24,944 nt of DNA from Longivirga aurantiaca. Lineage in GTDB: Bacteria; Actinomycetota; Actinomycetes; S36-B12; CAIYMF01. A program made the translations under genes and the position numbers. Positions 22,586 to 24,944 of this stretch are shown one piece after another. The stretch covers positions 1 through 24,944 of the forward strand of contig NZ_JBHSTI010000034.1 of the NCBI RefSeq assembly GCF_042660085.1, given 5' to 3'. Below the pieces are notes generated by a model. It did not search any database. It had not been told where the DNA came from and worked only from the letters and a program-made list of their open reading frames with translations. Each line of letters starts with the position of its first letter. Positions within the stretch are counted from its first letter, which is position 1.

Positions 22586-24944
22586 ATGTCCGGGTCGACG
22601 ATCGCCGCCGTCAGCGGCGTGGACGTCGCGGGCGGGAACTACACCCTGGTAGTCGTCGTGGCGCTCGTCGCGCTCGTGGCTCTCGGTGTCGCTCTCGTCC
22701 TCGTCCGTCAGGTGCTCGCAGCGAGCGAGGGCACCGCGAAGATGCAGGAGATCGCCGGCGCGGTCCAGGAAGGCGCGGCGGCCTACCTAAGCCGTCAGTT
22801 CCGCACCCTGGCCGTCTTCGCCGTGATCGCCGTCATCGCCCTCCTCTTCCTGCCGGTGCCCGGCATCGACGAGTTCTGGTCGGGCCCGAAGATCGGTCGC
22901 TCGATCTTCTTCGTCGTCGGCGCGGTGTTCTCCGGCATCACGGGCTACGTCGGCATGTGGCTCGCGGTCCGCGGCAACGTCCGCGTCGCTGCGGCGGCCA
23001 ACGACTCCGGCGAGCAGGCCGCGATGAAGATCGCGTTCCGCACCGGTGGCGTCGCGGGCATGTTCACCGTGGGCCTCGGCCTCTTCGGTGCCGCGCTCGT
23101 CGTACTGCTCTACAAGGGCGACGCCCCGACGGTGCTCGAGGGCTTCGGCTTCGGTGCCGCGCTGCTCGCGATGTTCATGCGTGTCGGCGGCGGCATCTTC
23201 ACCAAGGCTGCGGACGTCGGCGCCGACCTCGTCGGCAAGGTCGAGCAGGGCATCCCCGAGGACGACCCGCGCAACGCCGCGACGATCGCCGACAACGTCG
23301 GCGACAACGTCGGCGACTGCGCCGGCATGGCGGCCGACCTCTTCGAGTCGTACGCCGTCACCCTCGTCGCCGCGCTGATCCTCGGCAAGGTGGCCTTCGG
23401 CGACGTCGGCCTCGTCTACCCGCTGGTCGTGCCGGCGATCGGCGTCCTCACCGCGATCATCGGCATCTTCGCCGTGGCCCCGCGCCCCGGCGACCGCTCG
23501 GGCATGTCGGCGATCAACCGAGGCTTCTTCATCTCGGCCGGTGTGTCGATCGTGCTGGTGTCGATCGCGACGTTCCTGATCCTTCCGGACAAGGTCGTCA
23601 CGCTCAGGGGCGTCGTGGTCGAGAACCTCGGCCTCGTGAACGTCGACTCGTTCAACCCGCGCGTGCTCGCCATCGGCGCCGTGATCATCGGCATCGTGCT
23701 CGCAGCCCTCATCCAGCTGCTCACCGGCTACTTCACCGAGACCAACCGCAAGCCGGTCGACGACGTCTCGGCGTCCTCGCTCACCGGCCCGGCCACGGTG
23801 ATCCTCGCCGGCATCTCGGTCGGCCTCGAGTCGGCCGTCTACTCCGCCCTGCTCATCGGCGCAGCGGTGTACGGCGCGTTCCTGCTCGGCGGCGGCTCGA
23901 TCGTGCTGTCGCTGTTCGCGATCGCGCTCGCCGGCTGCGGGCTGCTCACCACCGTCGGCGTCATCGTCTCGATGGACACCTTCGGCCCGGTGTCGGACAA
24001 CGCCCAGGGCATCGCGGAGATGTCCGGCGACGTCACCGAGGAGGGCGCCAAGGTGCTCACCTCGCTCGACGCCGTCGGCAACACCACCAAGGCGATCACC
24101 AAGGGCATCGCGATCGCGACCGCCGTGCTCGCGGCGACCGCGCTGTTCGGCGCGTTCCGCGACACGGTCGTCAACGCGACGCTGGCGGCGATCAACAAGG
24201 TCGGCGTCGTCGTCCCGGACCCGGTCGACCAGAACCAGTACCGCGCGATCCTCGACATCAGCAACCCGAGCAACCTCGTGGGCCTGATCATCGGTGCGGC
24301 GGTCGTGTTCCTGTTCTCCGGCCTCGCCATCAACGCGGTGTCCCGCGCTGCCGGCGCGGTGATCTTCGAGGTGCGCCGCCAGTTCCGCGAGCACCCCGGG
24401 ATCATGGAGGGCACCGAGAAGCCGGAGTACGGCAAGGTCGTCGACATCGTCACGCGCGACTCGCTCCGTGAGCTCATCACGCCGGGTCTGCTGGCGGTCC
24501 TCACCCCGATCGCCGTCGGCTTCGGTCTCGGCATCGGCGCGCTGGGCTCGTACCTCGCCGGCACCATCGCCACCGGTGTCCTCATGGCGGTGTTCCTGTC
24601 CAACTCCGGTGGGGCCTGGGACAACGCGAAGAAGTTCGTCGAGGACGGTCACTACGGCGGCAAGGGCTCCGAGGCCCACGCGGCCACGGTCATCGGCGAC
24701 ACGGTCGGCGACCCGTTCAAGGACACCGCCGGCCCGTCGATCAACCCGCTGATCAAGGTCATGAACCTCGTGGCCCTGCTCGTGGCTCCCGCCGTCGTGG
24801 GTCTCTGGCTCGCCGGCGGCGCCTGGACCGGTCGGGCCATCGCGCTCGTCGCGGTGCTCGCGATCGTGGCGTCGATCATCGTCACCAAGCGCCGCCCGAT
24901 CGCGGTCGGCGAGGTCGAGCACGACGAGCCGGCGCCGGTCGCGA
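22586..24944 (+). CDS. hppA: Membrane-bound proton-translocating pyrophosphatase, K+-independent type; 3' end outside window
   Basis: DVGADLVGKVEQGIPEDDPRNAATIADNVGDNVGDCAGMAADLFESY, SLDAVGNTTKAITKGIAIATA, SNSGGAWDNAKKFVEDG, HATVIGDTVGDPFKDTAGPSINPLIKVMNLVALLVAP. Confidence 0.98.
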   Translation, partial: MSGSTIAAVSGVDVAGGNYTLVVVVALVALVALGVALVLVRQVLAASEGTAKMQEIAGAVQEGAAAYLSRQFRTLAVFAVIAVIALLFLPVPGIDEFWSGPKIGRSIFFVVGAVFSGITGYVGMWLAVRGNVRVAAAANDSGEQAAMKIAFRTGGVAGMFTVGLGLFGAALVVLLYKGDAPTVLEGFGFGAALLAMFMRVGGGIFTKAADVGADLVGKVEQGIPEDDPRNAATIADNVGDNVGDCAGMAADLFESYAVTLVAALILGKVAFGDVGLVYPLVVPAIGVLTAIIGIFAVAPRPGDRSGMSAINRGFFISAGVSIVLVSIATFLILPDKVVTLRGVVVENLGLVNVDSFNPRVLAIGAVIIGIVLAALIQLLTGYFTETNRKPVDDVSASSLTGPATVILAGISVGLESAVYSALLIGAAVYGAFLLGGGSIVLSLFAIALAGCGLLTTVGVIVSMDTFGPVSDNAQGIAEMSGDVTEEGAKVLTSLDAVGNTTKAITKGIAIATAVLAATALFGAFRDTVVNATLAAINKVGVVVPDPVDQNQYRAILDISNPSNLVGLIIGAAVVFLFSGLAINAVSRAAGAVIFEVRRQFREHPGIMEGTEKPEYGKVVDIVTRDSLRELITPGLLAVLTPIAVGFGLGIGALGSYLAGTIATGVLMAVFLSNSGGAWDNAKKFVEDGHYGGKGSEAHAATVIGDTVGDPFKDTAGPSINPLIKVMNLVALLVAPAVVGLWLAGGAWTGRAIALVAVLAIVASIIVTKRRPIAVGEVEHDEPAPVA

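Noticed and set aside
22787-24922. 711-aa minus-strand ORF rich in D/E/H/R
   Set aside because: Exact antisense of the highly conserved H+-PPase; artefact.
1-24944. CRISPR arrays, tRNA/rRNA genes, transposases/integrases, canonical defence or BGC systems
   Set aside because: No regularly spaced repeats, no cloverleaf-like or rRNA sequence, no DDE/integrase motifs, and no recognised defence nuclease set. The lone methyltransferase lacks restriction partners and does not resemble a DNA methylase.

Overview
High-GC actinobacterial chromosomal segment, best read as Micrococcales/Cellulomonadaceae-like (inference only). From left to right it contains: (1) the 3'-truncated end of a cation/acetate-type SSS symporter with a small membrane partner, beside a LytS/LytTR two-component system; (2) a degenerate Fic-like protein; (3) an accessory stretch (about 4.26-11.96 kb) with a SAM methyltransferase, a DUF6487-like zinc-ribbon remnant, and four tandem, divergent paralogs of a single-pass membrane protein family; (4) a HAD-IB phosphatase in the same orientation as the paralogs; (5) a divergent, translationally coupled Tad/Flp pilus cluster (ssd/cpaE, tadA, tadB, tadC, Flp-like pilin, tadE, Rv3654c-like); (6) an acetyl-CoA hydrolase/transferase, a nucleotidyltransferase and a DEAD/DEAH helicase with a DUF1998-like C-terminus; (7) the 5' portion of a membrane H+-pyrophosphatase carrying the K+-independent GNTTK signature. 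The most interesting signal is the four-paralog operon. Every member has a cytosolic D-G-R-L-[DE]-[LI]-D tag, a P-[WF]-x-x-x-HR juxtamembrane motif, one TM helix, and exactly six Cys that can be laid out as three C-x(n)-[VL]P[LV]-x(n)-C units. The operon shares an intergenic region with the Tad cluster. A perfect 26-bp-arm palindrome (3355-3416), a second AT-richer palindrome (19981-20036) with a related arm core, and a 15-bp hairpin between tadC and the pilin gene are also notable. No CRISPR, tRNA, rRNA or transposase was found.
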